Below are positions 46,095 through 58,530 of a stretch of DNA of 64,000 nt, piece by piece. The notes beneath the pieces were generated by a model. That model saw nothing but the letters and a program-made list of their open reading frames with translations, did not search any database and was not told the origin of the DNA. This DNA comes from Naegleria gruberi (taxonomy: Eukaryota): assembly GCA_000004985.1 (NCBI GenBank), contig GG738845.1, one strand, 5' to 3'. Made by a program: the position numbers and the translations under genes. The number at the start of each line of letters is the position of its first letter. The first letter of the stretch is position 1.

Positions 46095-46893
46095 TTAGAA
46101 TAGAAGTGGGAGTGTTTGAGATTCACGTTCTTCGGAATCTAATAACATTCTCTCAAAAGACCATTTGTTTTTTTGAAATCTAAATAGGGAACTATCATCA
46201 TACCATTCACTTGATGGCTTCAGTATAAATTGTAATAAATATCTACAATTATCATCAAATTGTTTCTTTTTCACCTGAAGAGTCTCTCCTCCAAGCATCT
46301 TATACATTCTCTTTGATGAAGCGGATTTCTTCTTGTTGTTATTGATCACTAATCGACACTTTTCTACTAAAACTTTTCTAAGTTGAGTGTAATACTTTAG
46401 AAATTCTTTCTTTTTTAAAGAAATAGCCTTATCTTGTGTTGGTATTTTGGAAGATTCATACCTTAATTTGTCCAATAAAATTTTCACGTATTGTAGAAGT
46501 TGTTCCTTGTCTGATTCTGCAATGGATGGAGTATTAGTAAAGCAATCAGAGATACATTTAACCAGTAATTTAAATCTGTACAACAAATTTTCCTTCAGAA
46601 AAAGCTCTTGAATTATTTCAAAATAAATTGAAAATAAGGAAATATCTCTGATAGTAATACTGGAACTAGAGCTTTCACTCTTCAAGCTTTTGTTATCACA
46701 AAATTGCCATTCTTTTTCAGTGAATCTATTCAATAAAAGATTGACCTTTTGTTGCATTGAGCTTGACATAATGGTACCAAAAAGTAAGGCAAAAGTTTTG
46801 CTGTTGAAACTAAACTTGTGATAACTTGTTAAAATATCAGGAGAAAATTCTGGAATATTATTACTTGCTATTTTAGAGGTAGTAAACTTTACG
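46095..46893 (-). CDS. Same gene, exon 2/2 (about 266 aa)
   Basis: 40-nt intron 46933-46894 containing TACTAAC; frame restored (…RIF|C|VKFTTSKIASNN…). Confidence 0.6.
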
Positions 46894-46933
46894 CTATGAA
46901 TTGTTAGTAGTGATGAAATAAGATTTAACTTAC

Positions 46934-49452
46934 CAAAATATTCTATCATTAGATTTGATTGGTAGAATATTGATCGAAGCGTCTCCAATTTTAATTCTTC
47001 TTGGCATTCTATATTTGAGATTTTCGAAAAATTCCTTTTTGTGAATTTTCATCAATAAATATGGTGATTGGTCTCTCTTTTTTTCTAGATAATTATTAAC
47101 CTTATCTAGAAAGAGGGTCTTGGAAGGTTTTTCTATTGGATAGAAAATACTTAAATACTTGGAATCAATAATATGAAAATTCTTTGAATAGTTTTGAGCA
47201 TTATGCTCAAATAGTTGATTTCTGTAGTCAGATGAATCCAGAGAGTAGGGATAGCCAGTAACATATAGCAAACCGCTTTCATTCGGAGTTACAGTAGAAT
47301 TGTTAAAATGTGAAACTATTCTTTCGTATTTCGGAGTATCTGATGATGTGGTAAAGAGAGTAACTAAAATTAGTGAATCTTTAAAATATGGGAAAATGTC
47401 CCTATTATTCTTATCATCGCCATGATATCTGGAATCCCAAACATATAAAGCAAAACCTATAGATCTGAGTAATCTTTTGTAATACAGGTATGCTTTAGAG
47501 GTTAGATGATTACTATCCGTAACTAGTAATGCTTTTCCTAGATTAGTGTTATGATAGTTACTTGAAATGGATTTGTCTGGTATTAATACTATTGTTTGAA
47601 CTTTCCTTTCTATGGTATTTCCTTTATATTCTAACTCTATTATCAAATGGAATTTTCTAAAGCCAAGAGTTTCTTCATCAATTTTCTTATGATTCAATAT
47701 CTGTAATGCAAAATTAAGTGTTGTCACTCTTTCTGTTAGTTTTTTCTCTAGAGTAAATGCCAAGTCCTTTTCAATAACCTTCATATCTTGAGGTATGGAG
47801 GAAATAGACTCAATTATAGAAAGCTCTGGGTCCATTTGAGAATTATGCCTATCAAATTTGTTTCCAGTTTCTTGTATTAAAAACACATTATCTGTGAATA
47901 TTCTTTCTGTATCAACATCTTTGTTAGTAATGTAAACCTTGATACTGGAACCAATAAGGGTATGTTCAGTCTTGTTTTCTATTGAAATGGTAAATTTTTG
48001 AGAATTATTGGAAATACCCAGTGCAGATGGACAGTCAAACGAAGAAAGAGATAATGGATAATAAATAGGCATGTCACATAATTGGCCTTGAGATAATGTT
48101 AAGCCGTCTTTCTTTCTAATAGAATAACTCAGGCAACATGATTGAGAAGTAATTTGTTGTGGCTGTTTAACTTGCTTTCCAACCAGTAATCTGAGAGGGA
48201 GAGGTAATTTAACACTTTCTCCTCCGCTTAGAGTTGGTAGTGTTAATTGGTTATTGGATTCTGATGATTGATTTAACTTTAAAGAATTAGAAAATCCAAG
48301 TACATCAGCAAAATCATTTCCCTCAAATTCTATAAAGCAATAATCAGGTGCAGATAAGCCTCCTGTATTCTTAATTTCAATATCTGTAATTGCCAATTCA
48401 CATCCAGGTTCAATAAAGTGAGTTGGATCTACTAGATCCAGCTCTGAAGAGTCAAAATTGTCATCCTCTAATATCAAATTATGACCTAAACTTTTTTCTT
48501 TGATAGCATTGGCTACAATCTTTACATTGAATGACATCACTCTCAAACTGAAAGTTGTATTGGCCTGTTCTATCACATCTCCAGTTTGTTTAGAAACTAC
48601 AATATACTTGATAACACCACTTCTTCCCTTTCTACCATTGACACCTTTCCAAATAGAATTATTTTTGGTTTTTGTTTGATAGCCACTAAAACCTGTGTGT
48701 GAAGGTGTCTCAAAGAAACTCAATTTGGAAAATGTCAAAACACTTGATTGACTGGTAATAGTAGAGAGTGGAACCTCTGGTGGAAGCACTATTGAATTAA
48801 CATCAAAATCACCAAAACTACTTTCTATGTAGGGATCTCCTCCATTCCCACCTTCACAACAAATTTTTAAATATTGTTCATCCAATAAATACTTGATATG
48901 TTCCTCAATTACAATAGTTACATTTCCACCATCTCCACCATCTTTACCCATTATTGATTCATTACTGCTGTTATCAAATGAATCACCAAAAAGTTGACTT
49001 GTTGGACAACCATTACCTCCTGTTCCACCTTCTGTAGTGATGAAAATATGAGGTTTTCGGGAAGAGAAATTTTCCAATTCATAAACCTCTTCAACAGTAT
49101 CATTTTCATTGGTAGGAGAAGACATAAAAACAGAAACTCTCAAAGTATCCTCTAGTAATTTGATGAGTACCAGTAGGTGTCTACCATCTGCTCCTATTTT
49201 ACCTAATCTACCATTAGAACCAGAACCATCAACAACTAACTGTTCATCGTTTTTCAACTCTATAATTTCAGATTCATAGATGGATTGTGTTGTAGAATAG
49301 TTAGTTGTATTTCCTTTCGTGTCCAAATCTGTATGTTTTCTTTCCGAGTTGAATAATTTGAAATCAAAATTATTCTTATAGTGATTAATATTGTTATTAT
49401 TTATACTATTGTTCTTCAGGTCTAGCTTTAATCTAGAGAGTAGTTCATTCAT
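46934..49452 (-). CDS. Hypothetical large protein, exon 1/2 (840 aa); contains Gly-rich motifs GGTGGNG / GGDGGN / GGNGG
   Basis: ATG at 49452; donor TG|GTAAGT at 46933. Confidence 0.6.
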
Positions 49453-49762
49453 TTTCTTTCATCTTGCCGTTAATGATGAGATTAGTCTTGTATGTTACCA
49501 AGCACAAACACCATCTTTGTTATTTGCTCATAAAACTGAAATTCTATTTTTTTAGAAAATGCTCAAATTTAATTAAAAGGACTTTATTGAAATAAAACTA
49601 ATATTACTTTACAAACATAATATTATTTTACAAATAAGTATTATCTATTGTTCTATTAATACTAGACCAATAATCCAATTCCCTTCCAAAGAATTCTTTC
49701 ACCACAAAGAAAATCCTTTGTTCACACCAAAAGCCAAACATTGCAACAAGTTCGAAAAAAAA

Positions 49763-49873
49763 ATGAACAACAATCAACAACAACAAGACCAGATTTTCCA
49801 AAATCTTTTGCAGGCAATTCACATCATCCACAACTCTTCTTCACCACAACAACAAAGATTGGAGGCTCAACAG
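49763..49873 (+). CDS. XPO5: Exportin-5-like karyopherin, exon 1/5
   Basis: aaaaaaaaATG; GTAAAT donor at 49874. Confidence 0.6.
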
Positions 49874-49912
49874 GTAAATATTAAAATAATTTTTTAAACT
49901 CATAATGAAAAG

Positions 49913-50214
49913 TTTGTTGAAAACTTTAAAACCAATCAACCAAACAAGATTGATTTTTGTTGGACTTTTATTAATAATAATCAACCGGAAGAAGTTAGAC
50001 ATTTTGGATTGCAAATAATTCATCATATTGTTAGTAGAGAATGGCCAACAATACCTTCAACCTATCAATCAACACAAGCAAAAATTAAAGTAGCACAAAC
50101 ACTATTGGATTATGCAGCATCGGGCACAAAACACATGTTGGAAGAAAAATCATTTATCAAGGAAAAATTAGCTTCAATATTGTCAATAATAACAGAACTA
50201 ACTTGGCCATCTGT
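49913..50214 (+). CDS. XPO5: Exportin-5-like, exon 2/5 (importin-beta N-terminal domain: …FGLQIIHHIVSREWPTIPSTYQ…)
   Basis: 39-nt intron; donor GT|GTAAGT at 50215. Confidence 0.6.
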
Positions 50215-50257
50215 GTAAGTTGATGACAAATAGTTTTATTTCTTATTAATATTTTAG

Positions 50258-50651
50258 AATACCTGACATGTTGGAAAATATTGTTAAATTAACTGGTATG
50301 GGAGAAACACAACGAGAAATTGCTATTATCACTTTGAGATCCTTAGCTCAAGATTTGACAAGTGATTTTGCTACTGATATGCCACCTAATAAGAGAAGAG
50401 ATTTAATCGAAAAATTGCAACCAAAGATTCCAGACATTTTTACAATGGCATTTCAATTATTTGATACTTCATTTGGAATTTATAAGTCTAAAAATGACCA
50501 AAAGTCATATACTATTAATCAAAAATTGCTTAGGTCATTAATAGACATGAGCATGGCATTTGTTAGCGATTGGCTAGATCCAGCTCACTTTTTCAATCAT
50601 AATATTATTGACATTTGGATTAGTTTAATGCATGTTGAAGAATTTAAAATG
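50258..50651 (+). CDS. XPO5: Exportin-5-like, exon 3/5
   Basis: Acceptor ttttag at 50257; GTAAGT donor at 50652. Confidence 0.6.
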
Positions 50652-50697
50652 GTAAGTGATTTAAATTGTTGGAATTATTCTTTAATAATTTTTTTAG

Positions 50698-50948
50698 GAT
50701 TCAAGTCATTGTTTAACCGAATTTGTAGATGTTTCATGGGGTTCAAAGAAAGAACTAAATATGGCTAATCACATGTCTATTCTTTTAGCTAAATTATGTG
50801 AAAATGCTAGAATTATTCTTGGAAAAGCTAATCCTGACAATTTGGAAGATGAATATGAATTTCACAAAGTATTATCAAAGTTATTTGTTGCATTTTCTCA
50901 AAAGCAATTGAAATACCTTTCTGAAAAACATACTGAGATTGTAGACAA
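50698..50948 (+). CDS. XPO5: Exportin-5-like, exon 4/5
   Basis: Acceptor tttttttag at 50697; GTAAGT donor at 50949. Confidence 0.6.
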
Positions 50949-50995
50949 GTAAGTTTTTGTAAAACAATTAAGGTGTAACGTTCTTTTACGAAAAG

Positions 50996-53471
50996 TTTTT
51001 TGACAGTAGTATTGGAATTTGACAAACATCCTTCATTGGTTATTTTTAATGATACTCTTGTGATTTGGAATGGTATTTTCAGTAATCCAAAACTTCCTTT
51101 TTGTAATGCACCATTTTTGGCAAAATATTTTGAACCTCTTCTCCAAGTAACCAGATTAAAAATAACAAAAGAAATTGGTAATCCAGACGTGGAAAGATTC
51201 GAAAGTAATCTAACACATCAATTGTGTTTAATAGATTTCGAAGATAAAAAGGAATACTATCAACTTCATGGCTCTATGAGAAGTCAAGCAAGATCGCTTG
51301 TACAACACATCACACATAGAGTACCTTTTGATTCTGTTAAATTTGCAACTCTTCAAGTAACAGAGGCATTAAAGACAAACGCTCCAAATCCAAAAGATGA
51401 CAAGGGACCTAATGGATACTGCAGTGTTTTTAGTGATGCTTATCTTTTATGGGAATCTTCAACTACATTTTATGAGTGGGTAATTGAAAGTGTTAGTAAT
51501 GATAAAGCATCTGGTGATGAAAGAATAATTGAAGCTGAAATGTACTTGCTTGATATTTGCCTCAAATTTAGTACTGATGATCCACTTATTCAAACTGTAT
51601 TTGTTAGACTTTTCAAATCTTTCTCTCATCTCAATAGAAGAAATAAGAATTCATTGATGGCAATCGCTGAAAATTTATTCAAACAAATGCAATTTAGACC
51701 AAGTAAGGAGGTTGGAAAAGCTGTTGAGGACCTCACAGAAGATACATCTTCAGCTAGACAAAAGGCTCACACAACTTTCATTTCACTTTGTCAATCCAAT
51801 GCTAAAGATCTTCCTCAATTCTTAAAAGAGTTTGTTAATTTAGCAGAACAACTCTGGTCAAAGAAAGAAATTTTAAGTAACGAACTCATTTTAATGTATG
51901 AAGCCTTTGTAGTTATTAGTAATGAGTGGAAAGATTTTAATCAACAAAAGCAATTTTTAGATTATTTATTGAGTCCACTTATTAACGAACTCAACTCTAA
52001 TTTATATAAGGAAGTTATGAATTCAGTACCACTACTTTACCAAGCATGTGGAATTTTAAACGAAGAAAATCAAGAAAAGAAGGCAAAATTAGAAGATATC
52101 AAGAGTAGAATATTCCATATACTAACAACAATAACAAGTTTGGCAGACAGAATGCCTGAAAATCCTCAGGATATGGGTATGGTAGATCCTTTGTCTAAAC
52201 AAGTTAAATATCCAATTTCAACCTTCATTTTAGAAGTTTTACCAAATATTCTTGGATTGGTAAGAACCATTCATATGTGCTACACAGTAGAAGGTCAAAA
52301 TCTAGTTCCTCAACAAGTAAGAAAATACATTTTACATATTGGTATTGATGAACAATACATGGCTCGTGGAGATGCTTTTGTACAGTCAAAGGTTTCATCT
52401 GAGCAATACACAATTCATAGAATCCATTATTACTTGACAAATTTAAGAAGATTGTGCTATCTATTAATAGGACAAGCTTGTAAATATTGTGATAAGGAAT
52501 TGTTTTGGGCTAATCCATCTTTATTCCAAATGTTAACAGATTCTGTGTTTTCTTTTATTGAATTTATTGGTATTAGAGACCTATCATTGATGATGTTAAA
52601 CTTTTTCCAAAACTTTTTCGAAAATATTCCAGAAGAATTACACAACACTTTACTTTTGAATATTTTGAAACCTCTCCTTTCACTTTTGGCATCAAGAATT
52701 GAAACAGCACAAGCAGAAATTTGTGATAAGGCTGGACAAACAATAGGAGATGAAGGAGTTCTTGATGAAATAGTTAAGGAAAAACACTTGAAAGAATTAT
52801 CTTCTGTTGTTGTAAATATTATTTTGAGAGCTACCAATTCAATTAGAATATCCAAAGATAATCTCAAACCAAAAGCAGATGTTATTTGTACGTTTATTAT
52901 TGGAAATAGTGATTTGGTAGGCTTGATTGTGATGCTTTTCTGTAAAATAATTGCTGTAATGTTAGATCCAACAAGTGTTGTGAAATGCGTAATGATTTGT
53001 GATAGAATTATTCGTTTTATGAGTAATAATCAATTAGGAGCCTATACTAATTTATTTGCTGGAGAGCTTTTCTACTCATTACTGAGATCTTTAATGACAA
53101 CAGTTGATGAACAATTGCAAGATTCTATCATTTCACTCACTACATTTATTTATGGTTGTTTTAGAAAAAAGACAAATACTATGCGAGACATTTTAACACA
53201 GGTACCAACTTTAACCCCTCAAAAGGTTAAACATTTTGATGATGCATTCGGAAAAGCTAATGATGAAAAGGATAAGAAAAAGAAAGTCAAGACTCTTTTA
53301 TCTACAATCTGTGGTATGCAAAAAGGTGCACCTTCAAAGTCAAAATCTCTCTTATCTTTAACAGGTACAAATCCAATTCAGCAACAAAGTAATGACAAGA
53401 AGAAGGGATCAAAGAAACCAACTTCATTCCTTGATAATGCCACAGTTGCTGAACTTCAAGGTTTATTTTAA
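50996..53471 (+). CDS. XPO5: Exportin-5-like, exon 5/5; C-terminus …QKVKHFDDAFGKANDEKDKKKKVKTLLSTICGMQKG… resembles the XPO5 tail
   Basis: Acceptor …acgaaaag at 50995; HEAT-repeat exportin architecture; exact exportin subtype (XPO5 versus exportin-T) is uncertain. Confidence 0.6.
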
Positions 53472-53524
53472 AATGGCGCCAAATAAAACTACAATCATTT
53501 TTTTTCAAAGCTCAAAAAAAAACA

Positions 53525-55612
53525 ATGCCTAAGAAAAAGCAATCCAAAGAGGATTTTCCAACCTCTCTCGGAGAACTTCTAAAGAGGAAGGAAAATTTTG
53601 TTACCAAACAAATTAACGATGAAAAAGCTGAGAAGGAAAAAGCAAAACAAGAAGTTAAAACAGAATCAAAAAAGTTACCATTCTACAAACGACCTTTTTA
53701 TTTAAAGTATATTAAACCATCAATTCTATTTCTCGTTGATAGAAAGAAATGGTTCAACAAATGTTGGATGGTTTTTATATTTTTGATTGAATTGTATAAT
53801 TCCTTTATAATTCCATATAGAGCTTCTTTCGATTTTGAAAATTCAATGATGTGGTATATTGCTGATGCTCCTTTTGACTTAATTTTGTGGCTTGATTTGA
53901 TTCTTAACTTTTTCTATCCTTATAGAGATGCTATGAACTTGTGGGTTGATGATTTTAAGAAAACTGCCAAAAGGTATGCAGTCAAAGAAAAACTTGGATT
54001 ATGGACAGATTTGATTTCATTATTTCTTCTTGATTGGATTCCAGTCGCGGTTGCTACTTCAAGTAACGATCCAAGCCAGTCCTATCGTGCAGTTTGGAGG
54101 TTGAATAGAGCTCTATTATTTTTCAGAGCCCTTAAAAGATTCCCTAAAATTGAAGCTCTTATTCCTGCCAAATTCGCATCGATTGCCAAGATGTTCAAAT
54201 TACTTAACTTTGTCATTATCGTCGCAATGTCTGTTCACATTTCATCATGTGTTTGGTTTTCAATTGTTATGGCTGAATATCCTGATTCACAAGTATTTAC
54301 ACTTAGTGCCTCAATTTTTGAGCCATCAACCACTACTTTGTACAAGTATATGTATGGTTTTTACTGGAGTTTAGTTTCCATGGCAGGATATGGAGGTACC
54401 ATGCCTGTCTCTGATTTACAGGTTGCTTTTGTAGCTATTATTTACTTAGTAGGAATCGCTGTCTTCGTTACCGTCATTGGTATCGTCTCTTCATTAGCTC
54501 AGGATTTAAATGTAACAGAAAGTGCTTTTATAGAAAAAGTGGATGCAGTAACAGACTATATTAATTCAAGAGGATTGTCAGCTTCCTTAAAAAAGCAAAT
54601 TTTACAATATTACCAATATCTATGGAAGAGTAGAAAAGGATTGGATGAGTCAAAGATTATTAGAGAACTTCCTGATTTTTTGAAAATAGATGTTGCTATG
54701 CAGCTTAATGCTGATATTGTAAAAAAGGTTGAATTGTTCAAATCTTGCTCTCAGAACTTTATTCATGAAGTTGTTATTAACTTGAAACCTAGAATTGTCA
54801 TGCCTGGATCTTATGTGATCAGAGAAGGAGAACCAGGAAATGAAATGTTTTTTATTGGAAAAGGTGTAGTGGAAGTTAGATCTAAAACAGGAGTTTTGTG
54901 GTCAACCCTTGGAAGTGGTTCTTTTGTTGGCGAGACTGCTCTAATTGATTCTGTTAAAAGAACAGCCAATGTTATTTCAATCGAATATGTTGACTTGTTC
55001 GTGTTAGAAAAGGAAGCTTTTGATGAAATTATGTCAACTTATCCTGAAGATGCCAAAAATGTTATTGCAACCAGCGAGGCAAGAAAACAAATGAACAAAC
55101 AAAAGGCAGCACAATCAGCCCTCAATCTCAAAGGAGACACAATTCCATATGAAGAAATTACCAAACTATTGGAAAAGATTTCAATTGGCCTTGTTTATCA
55201 AAATGTAGAAGGAAACGACTTGTTCAAAGCACTTTCAGTAGTTATTCACGATCCTGCAGAGGTAATTATTCATCACATGGATGAATATTTACGAAATAAG
55301 AATAAGGAAATGCAAAGTATTATTCTTCCAAACGCAAATTGTGCTGATATGGATCAATTTATGGAAAAGTTGAAAAAAGGTGAACATAAGGCTGGTGAAA
55401 CTGAAGTTAAGGTTATTGCTTTGCAAATGAGAAGAACAATTATTGTTGCGAATCCTATAGATGGAGGTAAATTTATTATTCACGGACATGATGGATCAAC
55501 ATCTGAAGTTTTCGAATTGCATGATTTGAGTGATTCTGATAGATTCCACAAACCTGTTATTATTATCACTAGTGGAAAACCAGGTGTTTACTTGGCAACC
55601 AGAAAGAAATAG
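53525..55612 (+). CDS. Six-TM cyclic-nucleotide-binding cation channel (CNG/HCN/KAT-like): S4 YRAVWRLNRALLFFRALKRF, pore …MAGYGGTMPV…, CNBD (FFIGKGVVEV…GSGSFVGETALI…R.A), plus an approximately 150-aa C-terminal extension with an OTU-like motif order
   Basis: Single 695-aa ORF with an ATG in aaaaaacaATG context, only 53 bp after the exportin stop. Confidence 0.8.
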   Translation: MPKKKQSKEDFPTSLGELLKRKENFVTKQINDEKAEKEKAKQEVKTESKKLPFYKRPFYLKYIKPSILFLVDRKKWFNKCWMVFIFLIELYNSFIIPYRASFDFENSMMWYIADAPFDLILWLDLILNFFYPYRDAMNLWVDDFKKTAKRYAVKEKLGLWTDLISLFLLDWIPVAVATSSNDPSQSYRAVWRLNRALLFFRALKRFPKIEALIPAKFASIAKMFKLLNFVIIVAMSVHISSCVWFSIVMAEYPDSQVFTLSASIFEPSTTTLYKYMYGFYWSLVSMAGYGGTMPVSDLQVAFVAIIYLVGIAVFVTVIGIVSSLAQDLNVTESAFIEKVDAVTDYINSRGLSASLKKQILQYYQYLWKSRKGLDESKIIRELPDFLKIDVAMQLNADIVKKVELFKSCSQNFIHEVVINLKPRIVMPGSYVIREGEPGNEMFFIGKGVVEVRSKTGVLWSTLGSGSFVGETALIDSVKRTANVISIEYVDLFVLEKEAFDEIMSTYPEDAKNVIATSEARKQMNKQKAAQSALNLKGDTIPYEEITKLLEKISIGLVYQNVEGNDLFKALSVVIHDPAEVIIHHMDEYLRNKNKEMQSIILPNANCADMDQFMEKLKKGEHKAGETEVKVIALQMRRTIIVANPIDGGKFIIHGHDGSTSEVFELHDLSDSDRFHKPVIIITSGKPGVYLATRKK

Positions 55613-55650
55613 AATCACCAACAAAATATCAACTATTTTGGCTATTTGAC

Positions 55651-56694
55651 TTACTTGAAGAAGTTCAGCTTGGTTTGCTTTGTTTTCTTAGCCAGCATTT
55701 CCTGATTTTTATCTTGTTTGACTTCCTTGACTTCTTCAGTGTTTTTACCTAGATTGTTAGAATTATTAGAATTAGAGGATAATTTTTGTAAAAGTTGTTG
55801 GGATCTGAGTGATGTGGTGGTAGTTTTTGGACTATCCACCTTTTTCTTTTTTAAAACTACTTTACTTTCATCAAATCCCATTAAACCATCACTACTGGAA
55901 GAAGATGGAATAAATTGTTTGGAGGTATTATCCAGAATGATGTCATCCCTCTTTCTTTTTGGAGCCTCCCCTTGGTTTTCTTTAAGTTTAATTGAAGTGA
56001 TTCCACAAGTTTCCTTCATTGAATCCACAACAGAAGAAAGGGATTTCACATTTGTTTTAGTTTCTTCTGCTAATTTTTTGAAATCGACCTTGAATTTGTA
56101 GGTCTGAGTTGCTGTTATGTAGAATGCAGCTACCTTCAGAATAGGTTTGGTAAAATCGGTCTTTTTCAATATTTCTGCAGAGTAACGAGACTCGAATTTC
56201 TTTTTATATTCTTCCAAAAGCTTTTCACATGATCCTCTAATTCCTTGACATCCAAAAGTAAGAATTAAATCATCTAAACTTATTGCAAATGAAATTCCAA
56301 GCAAATTAACAACCTCTGTAAAACAAGATTGATAATCTTTCATGTCAGCACCAATTTGTTGGACTGCAATTTCACGATCAAATTTTTGGTTGATATTTAA
56401 AAACTTGAAAGCCAACTCCACACAAATCATTCCTTCACATAATGAAAAATTAGATGGCAATACGCCTGCAGTGTTGTTTAATTTAGCGTGAAGGCTTCTA
56501 AAGTAATCTCTAGCTTTGCCAACAATTTTTGGAATAAGTGTGTTATTGTCACTTTCCGATGATGATTTTGTAGCAACATTTTCACTTGATTGTTCAGTGT
56601 TGGAGCCCTTTTTTTTAGGTCTTGCAACACCTGTTAAAACTTTTTCCACTATACTTTCTGTTATTACCTGTTTTGCAAAATTAAGTTTTGACAT
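55651..56694 (-). CDS. ORC6: Origin recognition complex subunit 6 (ORC6), 347 aa
   Basis: …MKDYQSCFTEVVNLLGI… and …LDDLILTFGCQGIRGSCEKLLEEYK… align with human ORC6 KETYQSCLKSFECLLGL / IRDLAVQFSCIEAVNMASKILKSYE; cyclin/TFIIB-like fold. Confidence 0.7.
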   Translation of the reverse strand: MSKLNFAKQVITESIVEKVLTGVARPKKKGSNTEQSSENVATKSSSESDNNTLIPKIVGKARDYFRSLHAKLNNTAGVLPSNFSLCEGMICVELAFKFLNINQKFDREIAVQQIGADMKDYQSCFTEVVNLLGISFAISLDDLILTFGCQGIRGSCEKLLEEYKKKFESRYSAEILKKTDFTKPILKVAAFYITATQTYKFKVDFKKLAEETKTNVKSLSSVVDSMKETCGITSIKLKENQGEAPKRKRDDIILDNTSKQFIPSSSSSDGLMGFDESKVVLKKKKVDSPKTTTTSLRSQQLLQKLSSNSNNSNNLGKNTEEVKEVKQDKNQEMLAKKTKQTKLNFFK

Positions 56695-56713
56695 TTTTTT
56701 AATTAATTATTTT

Positions 56714-58348
56714 TTAATATTTATTTCTCAAACGTTGTAAAACAACTGGTTTACCCAAAGCTTCTATTATTTGATTAATGGAAGGTCCAACTTTTTTACC
56801 TGATAAGTAATATCTTAAAATTGAAACAACATTTCCATAGCCTTTTACCACTTCCTTATTTTGTTGTACATATTGTGAAATCACATTTGAAATTGTTTGC
56901 TCGTTCCATTCTTGTTCACTAATGGACAAAAGTAAATCACTAATACCCAGTGCAACATTTGAATGTGATGGAATCTTTTTAGTAATACTTTCTAACAATT
57001 CTTTTGCCTCCAGAGTATCAAGTTTGACATCAAAAAAGAAATAGTCAAAGAAATCAACAAAATCAGGTACTCTCTTGATTCTTTCACGTCCAATATATAC
57101 AATCTTTCTTAAATATTCATCCTCTTTGATAGACTTTTGTTGCAAATGTGGCCTGAGTATTTCTAAAAATTGGTCCATATCTTTTTCAATCTTGGTACGA
57201 ATATGTTGAGAATTAATCCATTCCAATTTAAGTAAATCAACTTTGCAATTTCCTTTGTTAATTTTTTCCAAATCAAAATTCTTTACCAATTCTTCCAATG
57301 TGAAAATCTCATCATTAGTTCCTGGATGCCAACCTAACAATGCTACAAAGTTAGTAAGAGCCTCAGGTAAATAACCCATATTTACGTAATAATCAACACT
57401 GGCATGGCCTTGTCTCTTACTTAATTTTGATCCGTCTTCATTACAAAGTAATGGAAGATGTGAAAAAGTTGGTCTTTCCCATCCAAACATATCATAGAGA
57501 ATACAATGTTTTGGAGTACTTGAAATCCATTCTTGACCTCTGATAATATGAGAAACCTTCATTAAATGGTCATCTATTACATTAGCTAAATGATAGGTTG
57601 GTGTACCATCTGATTTCATAAGTACTTGATCATCAACTATTTTGTTTTCAATTTTGATTTTTCCGTACACTTTATCCTCAAACACTGTGTATTGAATATT
57701 GTCAGGTATTTTCATTCTTATAGTATAGGAAGCTTCCTTTGGTTTTTCCTCTTCTGACAAGTAGAGACAATGTCTATCATATTTACTTGGTCCTCTAACA
57801 CTTCTTACTTCTTCTAATCTTTCCTCAGTACAATAGCATTTATAGGCATAACCATTGTCGAGCAATTGTTGAACATAATATTGGTATATTTCATTTCTTT
57901 GTGATTGTACTGCATGGTCAATAACCGTACCATCTTGTAATGTAATAGGGTCATAATTTAGAGAAGCCCATTTGAGAGTGTTTTGAATTTGTTCTACAGA
58001 ACCTGGAACCAGTCTTTTTTGATCTGTATCCTCTATACGAAGATGGAATTTTCCTCCATTCTTTCTTGCAAATAAATAATTGAAAAGACTTGTTCTCAGA
58101 GCTCCGAGGTGCATAAAACCAGTAGGACTAGGAGCAAAACGAGTGACAACTTCAGAAAATTTACCATTACAACTAAAAGCACTAGTATGGAAATACTTGT
58201 TTCCTCCACAATTTAGAGCAGCTTTGACACTGGTTCGTGTTTGTTTTCTAAGCATTTTTTTAACTGTTGAATTTTTAATTATTTTAATAAATAAATATTT
58301 AATTACCTTCTTCATATTCTGACTACTTAATATTGTTTCATGCACCAT
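56714..58348 (-). CDS. EARS2: Organellar (bacterial-type) glutamyl-tRNA synthetase with N-terminal presequence
   Basis: HIGH motif RFAPSPTGFMHLGALRTSLFN; KMSKS motif GSKLSKRQG; basic presequence MLRKQTRTSVKAALN; a possible 5' intron gtaattaaat…ttcaacag suggests the true start may be the third Met. Confidence 0.85.
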   Translation of the reverse strand: MVHETILSSQNMKKVIKYLFIKIIKNSTVKKMLRKQTRTSVKAALNCGGNKYFHTSAFSCNGKFSEVVTRFAPSPTGFMHLGALRTSLFNYLFARKNGGKFHLRIEDTDQKRLVPGSVEQIQNTLKWASLNYDPITLQDGTVIDHAVQSQRNEIYQYYVQQLLDNGYAYKCYCTEERLEEVRSVRGPSKYDRHCLYLSEEEKPKEASYTIRMKIPDNIQYTVFEDKVYGKIKIENKIVDDQVLMKSDGTPTYHLANVIDDHLMKVSHIIRGQEWISSTPKHCILYDMFGWERPTFSHLPLLCNEDGSKLSKRQGHASVDYYVNMGYLPEALTNFVALLGWHPGTNDEIFTLEELVKNFDLEKINKGNCKVDLLKLEWINSQHIRTKIEKDMDQFLEILRPHLQQKSIKEDEYLRKIVYIGRERIKRVPDFVDFFDYFFFDVKLDTLEAKELLESITKKIPSHSNVALGISDLLLSISEQEWNEQTISNVISQYVQQNKEVVKGYGNVVSILRYYLSGKKVGPSINQIIEALGKPVVLQRLRNKY

Positions 58349-58530
58349 TCGCTTAGCAAGGATGTGGATAATTGGTTGATTTTAAAGGAAAGGATTTCAT
58401 GAAGAACGATTTGGGAGATAAAATGTTCTTCTCACCCAAACAAGTACAAAAAACAAGCAAAAAAAAACAAACGTTATCACTTTTGTTTATCAATAAAAAC
58501 CGACTACAATAATTGTTACAGGGTTTCAAA
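58349..58530. promoter_or_regulatory. 182-bp bidirectional promoter region (GluRS divergent from coiled-coil gene)
   Basis: Divergent ATGs at 58348 and 58531. Confidence 0.5.
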
